Shown here: one piece after another, positions 1 through 10,927 of the stretch
Position numbering within the stretch: position 1 is the first letter of the stretch
Layout of the letters: each line of letters opens with the position of its first letter
Origin: Trypethelium eluteriae
Lineage: Eukaryota
Reading direction: 5' to 3'
NCBI GenBank assembly: GCA_051942245.1
Contig: JAVECL010000257.1
Location: 1-32,565 of the forward strand
DNA length: 32,565 bases
Position numbers and translations under genes: made by a program
Notes under the pieces: model-generated
What the model saw: the letters and a program-made list of their open reading frames with translations, nothing else
Database searches by the model: none
What the model was told of the DNA's origin: nothing

Positions 1-68
1 GGCTCGTCATCTTCGTCGGGTGGGAAGGGTGAAGGGAGGAGCTGGATGGTAGGTGGGAAGTTAGACAT
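1..68 (-). CDS. Possible 5' end of a gene running off the left edge (MSNFPPTIQLLPSPFPPDEDDEP...)
   Basis: ATG at 68-66 on the minus strand, open to the window edge, Pro-rich and acidic. Too short to identify. Confidence 0.3.
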   Translation of the reverse strand, partial: MSNFPPTIQLLPSPFPPDEDDE

Positions 69-653
69 GTCTGCCGCCTCGCATAGGGTGAGGCTGGTAT
101 GGACGAGCTATGCCTGACGGATATGATGCATAATTGCAGGCATCCACCTCTCTGGGGTGCAGCACAAAGCTTGTGAGGAGCTTCGGTGATCGACAAGAGC
201 TCCCCGGTCGCTTATCATCACGTGCTATCGATCCAACCGCCAACCACATAAGGCAAGTGCCTTCCGTGGATATTTATCCTGACCAAATTTTTCCATCTCT
301 TACTCCTCGATCACCAACTAGCCCAGATGCGAACCATTCTACTCGGACCAACGACCGATTTCGCTGCGTCCCTACCATATTTCTTTAGTCTTCTCGATTT
401 AAAGAGACGACGTTAAATTTCTCTATATCTTCAGACGAAGGACAAGGCTTAGTGGCATTGAGGCAGGTCGATATTATTATTTTCCGAAATTCACATGTAT
501 GAAACCTATAAGTCGCACTATTTGTCTCCTTGAGAACCCTTCAAAAGAGCTGAGTGCGCTTTTACGAGAAACAGCAAAGTATCGTCAACCCTCAGATCCT
601 ACTTCTGCTCTGCTCAGGAAGATCACACCCAAGATACCAGAAACTCCCAACCT

Positions 654-2657
654 TTACGAGCTTGATCGCTTCTTTGCGCTCTGGAGCGACTTCTGAATAC
701 TCTGGGTTACTGTCTGCTTAATTTGCGCTGACCTGACTCTTACGCCTTTGCTCTCCTTCGATGGCTGTCCGAGAAAGCGATGTCGGACTATATCAATATC
801 TCGCTCTCGGGTAGTATGATGGAGCTCAAGATCAAAAGTCAAGAATATCCGCGCAAGTACAATATAAAGTTCGGCATATGCTAAACTATTGCATATGTTA
901 GCTTCTCTGCACTTGGAGTGAAGAATTCTCAGGCAAACTTCATGCCGAGGCACATGCGGCTGCCGCAACTGAAGGGTAGATAGTATCGACTGATTCGATC
1001 AAGTTCCGGATTTTCTGGTAGCCATCTCTCTGGTTTGAATTCCATGGGGTCTTCGAAGATGGCCGGGTCAAGAAGTATGTCACGGAGAGTTATGCTCACG
1101 GCCACCTGTCGTGATATTTCAATTAGCTTCCATCCTACGCTTCTGGCAAAGTTATGACCTACTCCAGGTGGAATATTCCAGTCTCTGTATCTTAGTGCCT
1201 TGTCGGGTGAAACCACAGGTAGGCGAGACGTCAATACTGGTGCAATTCGGAGTGTCTCTTTGATGACAGCTGTCTAGGAAAAATATAAGTCGGCAACTGT
1301 AGAACGCGGCTGAAAGAGCGTCATACGCACCAGCCAAGGGAGCCGCTCCAGGGTCTTGAGATCAATCTTGGCACCCGGCTGTGACAGTGTCTCCGCGAGT
1401 TCCCTTTTCAACCTCTCCAATGCATCGCTCTTCTTCTCTAGTAGAAAGAACATGGCTGTGGTTACGATTCGGCCTGTGGTCTCTCCTCCAGTTCCGACGA
1501 CGCCGAAACCCTCTTGTGCCATGCGCTTCGGCTTTTGCTCATCTGGCGAAATGTTTGGATTGAAGAGGATACTGTGGAATATACTCCGTGGAGACATTGC
1601 CTCATTTGCCGGTACAGCACTGCTCGCCTGTTTCCTGATCGTTATTTTGGCCTGCTCTTCCACGCCCTAACTCGTCGTAAGCATTATGAATGACCTAACT
1701 TCCATCTCGGATGAAATCAGCAGGGCATACCTGGTTAAAATGGACTATTCGCGACATTTGTCGTGAGATGAGGGTTATCAGCTGGTCAGGCAGCTGCAAT
1801 ACTAACGGCATGATCCAGGTGAATTGCTTCACAAGCGGGGTCGACATTGCTACGGCATGTATTGTGTCATACCAGTCAATACCTCGCTGTTCCTCCTTGA
1901 GCAAATTCATGGAATAATCTAAGCAAACATCGCACAGAACATCAGTCGTATAGGATATGGCAATGATTCGCATGTCCGCGTATCCCTTTTCTTTGAATTG
2001 CTTCCGCATTAAATCGAAAAGCTGCTCCGTCAGAACGTGGATTCTTGACTCCTTGGAAGCAACAGAGGCCTTTGAGAAGAATGAACTGATAACGGCGCGT
2101 CGCTGACGATGGAGTCGATGAGGTATGGTCCCAAATACTGTGAGAGACAGTCAATCCGTAACGTACTTAAGAGCACTCTGTCGGTCAGCTTACTGCCATC
2201 TGGAGTACCAGCCATATGCGGTGCTGGAGGGTATTTGTCACGGACTCCCTGAAAATATCAGCCCAGGAGAATGATGATTCTGCTCTGAACCTAGTAAGTG
2301 TTACATGGGTAGGTCCAATTTCTAGTACCTCGACCCACGATGAGTCTCTAACATGTATTTCGTCTGGATTGATGCGTATGATGGGTCCTTGGAATGGATA
2401 TTAAGTGGAATTAAAGGAGGTAAACCTTGACGGGATTCTATACCGTAAATCTCATGCATGCGCTCTATCTCAATGAAAAAGGTTCCGCCAGGTTGTTTCA
2501 AGATATCGAAATAGAATTCATACCATTTTGTGACTGCTGCTAGTTTGGGGCCTGGAAACTTTGCCAGAGGATGGAAAAATAGCCGATAGGTAGCAACACT
2601 AACACAATAAATTACGAACAGAGAAATAATAGCTGCCCATGTGTCTAAGATTGGCAT
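654..2657 (-). CDS. Cytochrome P450, multi-exon (trichodiene-oxygenase/CYP58-like type)
   Basis: N-terminal TM segment plus RLFFHPLAKFPGPKLAAVTKWYEFYFD, GPIIRINPDEIHV, I-helix GTGGETT, K-helix KETLR, FKPERW and heme motif FSCGSRMCLG. The ORF pieces are joined by about 7 short GT-AG introns. Confidence 0.93.
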
Positions 2658-3241
2658 AGCGAGCTCTGATTTGACTAAGACTTACCTGCTCCAAGTTGGT
2701 TGTCGGAGTTAATGCACTTCTGTGGGGAAACGGCGATTTTGTATCAAAAGCACCCTGACCCCGCATCTTCATGTAGAGTACCGTGGAGGTTCGTTCTACT
2801 CATTTCTACTGGAGCACTATAAACGAACCTAGTAGGCCCAGATCTGGATCTACTAGTTCGCGACTTCACTCGCTTTGGCAAAATTTGCCCTTAAGTGGTA
2901 CCGAACTGTAAATCAAGCAGATCGAAAGGGCAGAATATGTATGAGGCTGTGCTGTTCAAACCGGACCCCGCTAAAGAGCGCCCGAGCCAAGCGCTTTTCG
3001 CCGGTGTACGATACTCTAGCCACCAAAGCCGATGTTCAATCATCTCCAAGCCCCGTGCAGTCAATAATACTGCCTACCTCGACGACACGGGATTGATATA
3101 GCTTTCCAAATCGCTACTCCAGTTGCTACACATAGAAAGGCTCCTTCAAGTGGTTCTACTTTCCCGATCACCGCTTCTCTGACGTTCTGATTGGGCGTCT
3201 CAAGTGCCGTAGCGCTCCACCCTCAGATCCACATTGATTCT

Positions 3242-4396
3242 ATGGACAATACTCGATACACTATCGGATGGATTGCGCCGCTTGCGCTGGAATTGGCGGC
3301 TGCCCTGGCTATGACTGATGATAATTACGAAGAAATCACCGTAGGCGACCACAAATACCATGGAGGAACAATAGGAAAGCACTATGTTGTGATGGCAGTC
3401 CAATCAAGAACGGGTACTACCGCTGCCTCCGGTCTTGCCGCTTGGATGTGCGCAGCTTTCAGGAACCTCAAATGCTTCCTGGTCGTTGGAATCGGAGGTG
3501 GTGTTCGCAGTTATGGGCCATACGGTGCAGCCTCTCAGATAGTATTAGGGGACGTCGTAGTGAGCGTTCCAAAAGGGAACTTCGGCGGCGTTGTTCAATA
3601 TGACGTTGGGGCGTGGACTGGCGACGGTCACCTTGAAACGAGCGGGCACACGAATAGTCCGCCTGCTTTTCTCTTGGATATTGTCAATTCTCTCACGGCC
3701 AAACATAGGAGATCAGCGTCCAAAATCCCTGTATTTCTGAAGGAAATGCGGAGCAGGCTGAACGCTAATGAGCAACATAAATTCGAAGACCAAGGTGCCG
3801 AGAACGACAGGCTTTTCGACGATGACTACGACCATCCCGAGATAGACAGAGGCAGGAACTGTGTTGATGTTTGCGACCGAAAGAAATCCACGAGCCGAAA
3901 GGACCGAGGAGACGGAGCTCTCAGACTGGTTGATACCCCTAACATCCATTATGGCAACATAGGTTCCAGCAACCAGCTCCAGATTTCAGCAACCAAACGA
4001 ACTAAATGCCAGAATGAGCATCAAATTATCTGCTTTGAAATGGAAGGTGCTGGCGTCATCCAAACTCACCCATGTCTTGTCATCCGAGGAATTTGTGATT
4101 ATTCAGACTCGCACAAGAACAAAAAGTGGCAACCATATGCGGCAGCCACTGCAGCAGCGTATGCGAAGGAACTGTTGGGCGAATTACCAGCATGTCGCTA
4201 TACGAAGTCGAGTGCAGTAGCCGACGAGCGCAGGGAGCATGGTAAGTCTTGTGAGAAACTCTAAAAGCAGACTCGATCGCTCTCGCTAAAGGACATTGCA
4301 GATTCCCAGGTATTTTCTGGTTCTATCAGTACTACCGGAGGCAAAGCGTTCCTTGGAAATACCTTCTATTCTAATGGGGGCAATATGACTTTTTGA
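3242..4396 (+). CDS. PNP_UDP (nucleoside phosphorylase-like) effector with a C-terminal amyloid-like motif; exons 3242-4241 and 4302-4396, ~364 aa
   Basis: YTIGWIAPLALELAAA, LVVGIGGG, LGDVVVS, CFEMEGAG and RGICDYSDSHKNKKWQPYAA are typical of fungal PNP_UDP domains. The intron GTAAGT(4242)...GCTAA...CAG(4301) joins in frame to DSQVFSGSISTTGGKAFLGNTFYSNGGNMTF*. Confidence 0.9.
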
Positions 4397-4836
4397 GTCT
4401 CGACGTCAACGAGCCGGTGATCTGATGCTCGATCTATGTGACATTGGTGGTATTCGGGTATTCCGTGCTGCATGCAGACCTGCACAGCCCCCTAAATACA
4501 GCCTCATCGTCGTGTCAAGACGGTGCTGTGCTACCGGGATGTACTACACGGTGCCTACAAGGCACTGTTGCCTAGAATCTGAGCGATAAGCTTAATGAGG
4601 TGCTAACGAGGCTCGCCAATCACGGTGCAAGGCTGAAGCGACCCCGCTCCACGAAGGCAGTCTTGCAGGCAGGCGGCTCGATCGTGGTTGCGATGGCATT
4701 ACTTTGATGATATCCCATCAATTTACTTCAATCATCTATTCTAGCCAACTAGCCGTAGCGGACCCACGTCACCACCGCCTGTCCGGCAGACGGCTGATTC
4801 AAGAATGGACATAGAGCCTTGAAGTGATCTAGAGCG

Positions 4837-7325
4837 ATGGAAGCGCAGACATCGTCTCCCGCCAACACTTTCAGGGGCGACCAGCACACCTACGGAGGCC
4901 AATCCTTCACAGGAAACAGCTTTCATACTGGTGGAGGCTCAGTCTCCTTTACTGGTGTGTATCCGTCGTCCCTTGGGGATCGACGACCTGAGTTTGACCG
5001 CCGTTCGTCGAATAGAGCTGATAAAGCGGCTAGGGCCACTCGACCGCAAGGAGAAGATTACAAAATTCCTCAAAACACTCTACAGCAATACTTGCCCCAG
5101 TGAAGACCGAAAGGAGCGGAACAGAGACCGCGAACTAGGGACATGTGAGTGGTTCGTAAATCACCATCTCTTCCGCCAATGGGATCACGATATTGGTTCA
5201 AGATTGCTTTGGGTCGCCGCCGATCCTGGATGCGGTAAATCGGTTCTAGCGAAATACCTGATCAATGAAGTACTTCACAGCAGCAACCGGACCATCTGCT
5301 ATTTCTTCTTCAAAGATGACTTTGATGATCAACGAAATATTACCAATGCGCTTTGTGCAATCCTTCGACAGATTTTTGACCAGAAACAGCACCTTCTGGA
5401 AGAGGCATTACTAGATAAACTTGACAAGGATGGAGAGAGAGATTCTTGCAGTCATTTTACAATCTGTGGAAAATTCTCCTCAGCGTCACAGCGAATCCGG
5501 CCGCTGGAGAAGTAGTCTGTGTTCTGGATGCCTTGGACGAATGTCAAGATAAAGATCGAACCCAATTGATAGAAACCCTAACCACATTCTACTCTGGTGA
5601 GCCAAAGAAGCACAACTTAGAGGTTCTGGTGACCAGTCGATCTTATGGAACTATACGACGAGGATTTCGGCAGCTAGAGACGTAGTACCCGTTGATTCAT
5701 CTAAGCGGTGAGAACGAGATTGAAGCACAACAAATCTCACAGGAGATTGATATCGTTGTGCGAGCTAGAGTCGCGAGGATTAGTATCGAAAGAGATCTAG
5801 AAAACCACGAGCAAATTTTCCTTCAGGAGCAACTGTCAGCAATTGCACCATCTCATCGCGCGTATCTCTGGGTTTACCTTACCTTAGATGCTATTCAGAA
5901 GACTCCAGAGTTTACACGAGGCAATGTTCAAAGGGTAGTTCGGAATATACCTCAAAGCGTCGACGAAGCCTATACAAAAATCCTGGAGAGGAGTTCAGAC
6001 CAAGAGAAGGCTCGGATAGTTCTTTCAATCGTTACTACTGCAGTGCGACCGGTGTCCGTCCAAGAGATGTCTTATATGATGATGATTGCGAAATCTCAAA
6101 AAGCCTCTTATGATCCGTTCGAAGAATTAGAACCAGAATATCGTTTTGCAATTACAATCCGAGACTTATGCGGCTTGTTCGTTGTCATCTCTAACTCAAA
6201 AATTTTTCTCCTTCATCAGACTGGCAGGGAATACTTAGTACAACAGATATCGAGTGCATGTTTGAAGCAGCTCTCTCAACTTGGATATCCAAGCAGCTGG
6301 AAGGGTTCACTACAGCCAACGACGTCGAATAAACTTCTAGCGAACATATGTATCTGGTATCTTAGTTCTGACCTCGTTTCCCTGGCCATTCCGACCATTC
6401 CGTTTTGCTGGACTATTCCTCTTCGAATTGGACCACTCACTTCCGCGATACAGACATACAGAGCCAGGACACGATAGCAAAACTAGCAAGAGACCTTTGC
6501 AAGAAGCGATCCAGTCGATATGAAGTATGGATTCATCAGTATAATGACCAGCATAGAACAACGCTGCCTCAATTTCCCAATAGTCTTAGCGTCGCGTCGT
6601 TTTTCGGGCTTTCAGCAGTTGTCGAGATCTTGCTCGGAATGGAACAAAGGGAAGCCTATTCGGAGGGCAGATCCGGTCGAATGCTGACAAAAAAGGGATT
6701 CCATATTCTTTCTGCGGCGATTACCAAGCAGAGAATAAAACATGGAATTAACTTGAAGGGTAATGAAGGTCAGACGCCGCTCTCATGGGCATCTATGCGT
6801 GGGCACGAGGCGGTAGTGAAGTTACTACTTGCTACAAACCAAGTTAATATCAACTCAAAAGATCGTTTCGGCCGGACACCGCTCTTATGGGCATCTGAGG
6901 GTGGGTATGAGGCGATAGTGAAGTTACTGCTCACTTCAAATCGAGTTAAGGTCGACTTAAAAGATCAATCTGGTCGGACGCCACTCTCATTAGCATCTAA
7001 GCGTGGGAAAGAAGCGGTAGTGAAGTTACTACTTGATACAAACCAAGTTGAGGTCAACTCAAAGGGTGAAGACGGTCGGACGCCGCTCTCATTAGCATCT
7101 ATGGGTGGGCACAAAGCAGTAGTAAAGTTACTACTTGCTACAAACCAAGTTGAGGTCAACTCAAAGGATGAAGACGGTCAGACGCCGCTCTCGTTAGCAT
7201 CTAAGGAGAGGCACGAGGCGGTGGTACAGCTGCTACAACCCTTCTATAATGCTGATTCACTGGTTTCGGACGAGCAGCCAATAGCAGATCTTTCGGATAT
7301 TCAAAAACACAGCTTGAATAATTAA
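4837..7325 (+). pseudogene. NLR (N-terminal amyloid-like motif - NACHT - ankyrin repeats), disrupted
   Basis: Exon 1 (4837-4954) encodes MEAQTSSPANTFRGDQHTYGGQSFTGNSFHTGGGSVSFT; intron 4955-5033. Walker A ADPGCGKS, CYFFFKDD, Walker B VCVLDALDEC, LLHQTGREYL, ankyrin repeats. Lesions: an extra GA in the GAGAGAGA run at ~5433-5442, an in-frame TAG at 5683-5685, and a frameshift at ~6370-6405. Confidence 0.88.
6768..7236 (+). repeat. Five tandem 102-nt (34-aa) ankyrin repeat units with high internal similarity
   Basis: Units start at 6768, 6870, 6972, 7074 and 7176: G[QR]TPL[SL][WL]ASxxG[HYK]EAVVKLLLxTNQVxVNSKD. The last unit is partial. Confidence 0.92.
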
Positions 7326-7784
7326 ATAGACCTGGAATGTGATGGATTGACATCTCTAGGCCACCCAGCTGAGGCCCATAGCTTCCTTTGATGGTCAAGA
7401 CCTATCGCGATTCTTATTGTAATATGTTAAGACATTATAGATATGTCGTCTTGTCGAATTGCCCTTATTTCGTGGCTTTACGACTACGGCAGATAAGTGG
7501 ATTGCAATCATCTCAGGATCAACATCTTGCGCTCATCATGCTGTAGTCATGGAAATTGATGTCTAGTACGAGTTTGTGATTTACATATCGGTTGCCGGGT
7601 CGCCGGCATGAAGAGAGAGATTTGCACATAGTTTTCCTCCGCAAGTGCCGCCATGTTGAATCGCGATTCATTATCTTAACAATAACATCTATATCGGCCG
7701 ACTCTCTAATCTGTTCCTGAATCTCTTCCCTCTATCTTTCTTTTTCTTTTTCTTTTTTCTCCGTTTTTAAATCTCCTCTTTATC

Positions 7785-8579
7785 ATGGTCTGCGGATACT
7801 CTGTCCCCTACTCTCGCCATTCTCGTACTGTCTTCGGCCTCACGCACGCAACCATCTATGCACACCCATCACGCGGCGGAGTGATTGTGTTAAGCCCCGC
7901 TTATATCGCCGACTTCACCTTTCTCGGTCTTGATCCCCTGAATCCGCCTCTGCAAAACTTTCTTGCCCCCTCAGTGCGCGTCGAAGCCAAAACACCAATC
8001 ACGTACGGCCTGGAAGCGGAAGACGACTTTGCGCGCCGCTTGCTGCTGCTCGGAGCCAAATGGTACGACAGCGAGGCACGCTTCAACATTCTTACCGAGA
8101 TGGAAAATCTCGGCCTTTGGATGGCCGGGGAGAATCAAAGAAAGCCCAAGGATGAGATTCGCGTCGACAGCGGCTGGCGCCTTAGCGAGCAGCCGCCGCC
8201 AACGATGCGTGAAAAGCGACGTATCAGCATTGGCTGGCCGAGCGAAGGTGGCGGCGTGTGGGTGGCGGAGTACGACACCGCGTGGGGTGGAGTCGATGAG
8301 GAGGATAACCTAGAGCCACCAGCTGAGCCAGGGCAAGAACCCGCGGAGTGGGGATTGCTGAGCTTGGCAGCAACTATGGATGAGCGATGTAAGTTGCTGA
8401 AGGACCGCTTCGGAGCAAAGTTCCATGCGGATGTGCGTGAGTACAAGGGGTATGGGTTCTTGAATGCTTGGGATTGGGAATCGAACAAGCATGGCGAAGG
8501 GGAAGTTGGGAAATTATTGAGCTTCGAAGAGACGGTCGAGGCGTGGCGGAATTCATTATATCGAATTGATGCAGTATAA
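7785..8579 (+). CDS. Hypothetical protein, 264 aa
   Basis: Single ATG-initiated ORF after a pyrimidine-rich leader, with protein-like Trp/acidic composition. No motif recognised. Confidence 0.72.
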   Translation: MVCGYSVPYSRHSRTVFGLTHATIYAHPSRGGVIVLSPAYIADFTFLGLDPLNPPLQNFLAPSVRVEAKTPITYGLEAEDDFARRLLLLGAKWYDSEARFNILTEMENLGLWMAGENQRKPKDEIRVDSGWRLSEQPPPTMREKRRISIGWPSEGGGVWVAEYDTAWGGVDEEDNLEPPAEPGQEPAEWGLLSLAATMDERCKLLKDRFGAKFHADVREYKGYGFLNAWDWESNKHGEGEVGKLLSFEETVEAWRNSLYRIDAV

Positions 8580-8959
8580 AACAAGACAGCGCGTCTTTTT
8601 CATCTTTGTTTAATGTATTCTGGCTGTGTATGGTATGTGAAGCATACGGGCGTTAGGCTATACGACAAACGAGTCATGAGATGTTTTCTGCCTCCGTATC
8701 CTTCTTTCTTAGATTAAAACGGTGAACAGCTCAGAGACAATACTTCAAGCAATCAATTTCGAGAATAAAAAGAGCGTACGTTATATGCATTAAAACCTGT
8801 TATCTCACGGTGGGTTGACTAGGCTTAGAATCTTCAACTCCAAATTTGCTATGGCCCGGCGCCCGCAGTCATTGAAGGGTATTGCGCATCTTCTACTACC
8901 AGCGAAAACATAAAGCCTTGTTCAGTCGACCATTGCATTGACGCGAGTCCTCTGAGAGA

Positions 8960-9697
8960 CTATTTCTCCTTCGGGAGTACATCTTGACATCCTTCGATCT
9001 CAGCAAAAGGATCATTGTCCGCGCTTTTGCTTCGAATCCATTCCATGCTAACCTCCACCTTGGTTACAATCTCATCAGGAAGAATGCTATTCATCCATGC
9101 CAAAATACCATCTCCACCTGCACTAACACCTGAAGTCGTCCATACGTTACCGCTGGATACCCATCGAGCCTTAGCTATCCAATGTGTCTTTGGACCAAGC
9201 GGGGTAATGGCGTTCCAGCCGTCCTTATTCGTAGTTGCTTTATGACCATCCAGGATCCCAGCTTTAGCAGCTATAATGGTGCCATTGCAAACGGTGATGA
9301 AGTACTTCAATGGTTGACGCCCTTCCAACCCACAGTACGCCTTGTGGGCGAAGTCGACATAACCTTCAATATCCGGTTTACCGCCGCTTGGCAAAGGATC
9401 CGCTGAGCCAAACCCGCCCGGTACTATGAGGACGTCGAGTGGCGGAGCGTTCGCGAATGTATGGGTGGGTAGGTAGCGTTGCCTGCCTGCAAAATTTTTG
9501 CTTGTTGTGTCTGGTGCGATTGGACCAACGCTGACTGGATCGAGTGTTTTGCTGATGATGCTGAGCTCCATATCTTCAAATCCTTTCATGCGGGCAAGAA
9601 TATTGAGCGCTTCGAGAGGACCGGCAATGTCCAGCACCTCGAAACCTGGGTAGTAAAGGACCCCGAAGGATCTAGGAAAGTTTGAGTACTGTGGCAT
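8960..9697 (-). CDS. DJ-1/PfpI family protein (isonitrile hydratase-like subgroup)
   Basis: YPGFEVLDIAGPLEAL, PTHTFANAPPLDVLIVPGG, nucleophile elbow TVCNG, AGILDGHKATTNK, RWVSSGNVWTTSGVSAG. Intronless. Confidence 0.93.
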   Translation of the reverse strand: MPQYSNFPRSFGVLYYPGFEVLDIAGPLEALNILARMKGFEDMELSIISKTLDPVSVGPIAPDTTSKNFAGRQRYLPTHTFANAPPLDVLIVPGGFGSADPLPSGGKPDIEGYVDFAHKAYCGLEGRQPLKYFITVCNGTIIAAKAGILDGHKATTNKDGWNAITPLGPKTHWIAKARWVSSGNVWTTSGVSAGGDGILAWMNSILPDEIVTKVEVSMEWIRSKSADNDPFAEIEGCQDVLPKEK

Positions 9698-10048
9698 GGT
9701 GCAGAAGAGTTGTCAAATGACTCTGGAAAAATTCGCTGAGATGTCTGTCTAAGGCGCCTCTTGACTGGAATCTGAGTCTTATATGGATTTCGCAGCGGAC
9801 CTGTACACCGAGGACGACACTTCATCCACATTCGGCAACGTCATACAGGTAGACAACTCTGCAGAAAACACGGTGCCATCACCTCCGAGCACTCTTTCGT
9901 AAGCCGAAGCATCCTAGACCTTTTTGTCTCGTCGGGCCGATGAGGCCATTTTGCGCAGCGTCTCCGGCGGTTGAGCAGATCTTCGCTGAAGGTAGCTAGA
10001 TAGCTGGAGTGTGACACATCACACGCCCTACATTACGTAGGATCAAAC

Positions 10049-10400
10049 CTACAGCTTATGCTCATTGCAATCCTCGATTAATTCCTTCTTTTGCTGCTCC
10101 GCTATCGAGTTCCGCGCTCCGAACGCGCCATCAACCTCAAAGCGCTTATCGGCAGATATTTACTCCCCGGTATTGTCCCAGCCGAGGTCGTGCACGATGG
10201 TGGCTAGTGCTTGAGCTCCCTTGTCGACTGGTGGTATGGCTCCGTTTCCATGGAGCCTGCGAGAATGATAACACCAAAAAGCCAAGAACGCATGACGTGG
10301 TTTTAGATTATGTCGTTAGCATGGATACGTATATGGTCTTTAGCTGCGCGTAAAAGCAGGGTGCCGATGACTTGAACTGCCGCCTTGGTCTGGTTGGAAG
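10049..10400 (-). pseudogene. Degenerate, truncated HD-domain hydrolase (cyanamide hydratase-related family)
   Basis: Manual translation: VQVIGTLLLRAAKDHIRIHANDII*NHVMRSWLFGVII, frameshift, then LATIVHDLGWDNTGE*ISADKRFEVDGAFGARN. NHVMRSWLFG, HDLG and RFEVDGA are characteristic of this family. Stops at 10303-10305 and 10160-10162. Not in the ORF track. Confidence 0.8.
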
Positions 10401-10927
10401 ATCTGAAGACGCCAAGATTGTTCAGTGAAAGGTGATATGGATAATTCATGGATACGAATCAATTTTTCATGCATGTATGCGAACGTACAAATCTGATTCA
10501 AGAAGGGTACATTTCCGCAATGGCTACAGCTCAGGTCAGATCATCTGGGCTCGTGAGGGGATTACCAGAAGCGGTCATTGGTCTGAGGTCCAGTGCGACT
10601 CGTGTAGCACGGCCTCTTGCAGTGGTAATGCAAGGAAAATACTTTGAGCCGAGAAGGGTCATGGCGTTTTCTTAGCAAGCTTGTTGCCCTTTCGTCAGCT
10701 TGCAGCGTTCAGGACATGATTCACCAAGGTTGTAAGTGGATTGCTGACATGAAGGTCGTCGTCCTCTGAGCTTCGGACCGCCAGGAAGTCGGGATCGCTT
10801 GAACTTTCCTTCCACCATAGCGGCCTCGCCAAAGCTTTCCATCCGCCCTTGTTGTTTCTGGTCCCGCTCGCCCCCCAAATTGCAGTTTCTGACCTTACTC
10901 ACCTTCAACCTCCCAGCCCAGCCAAAC

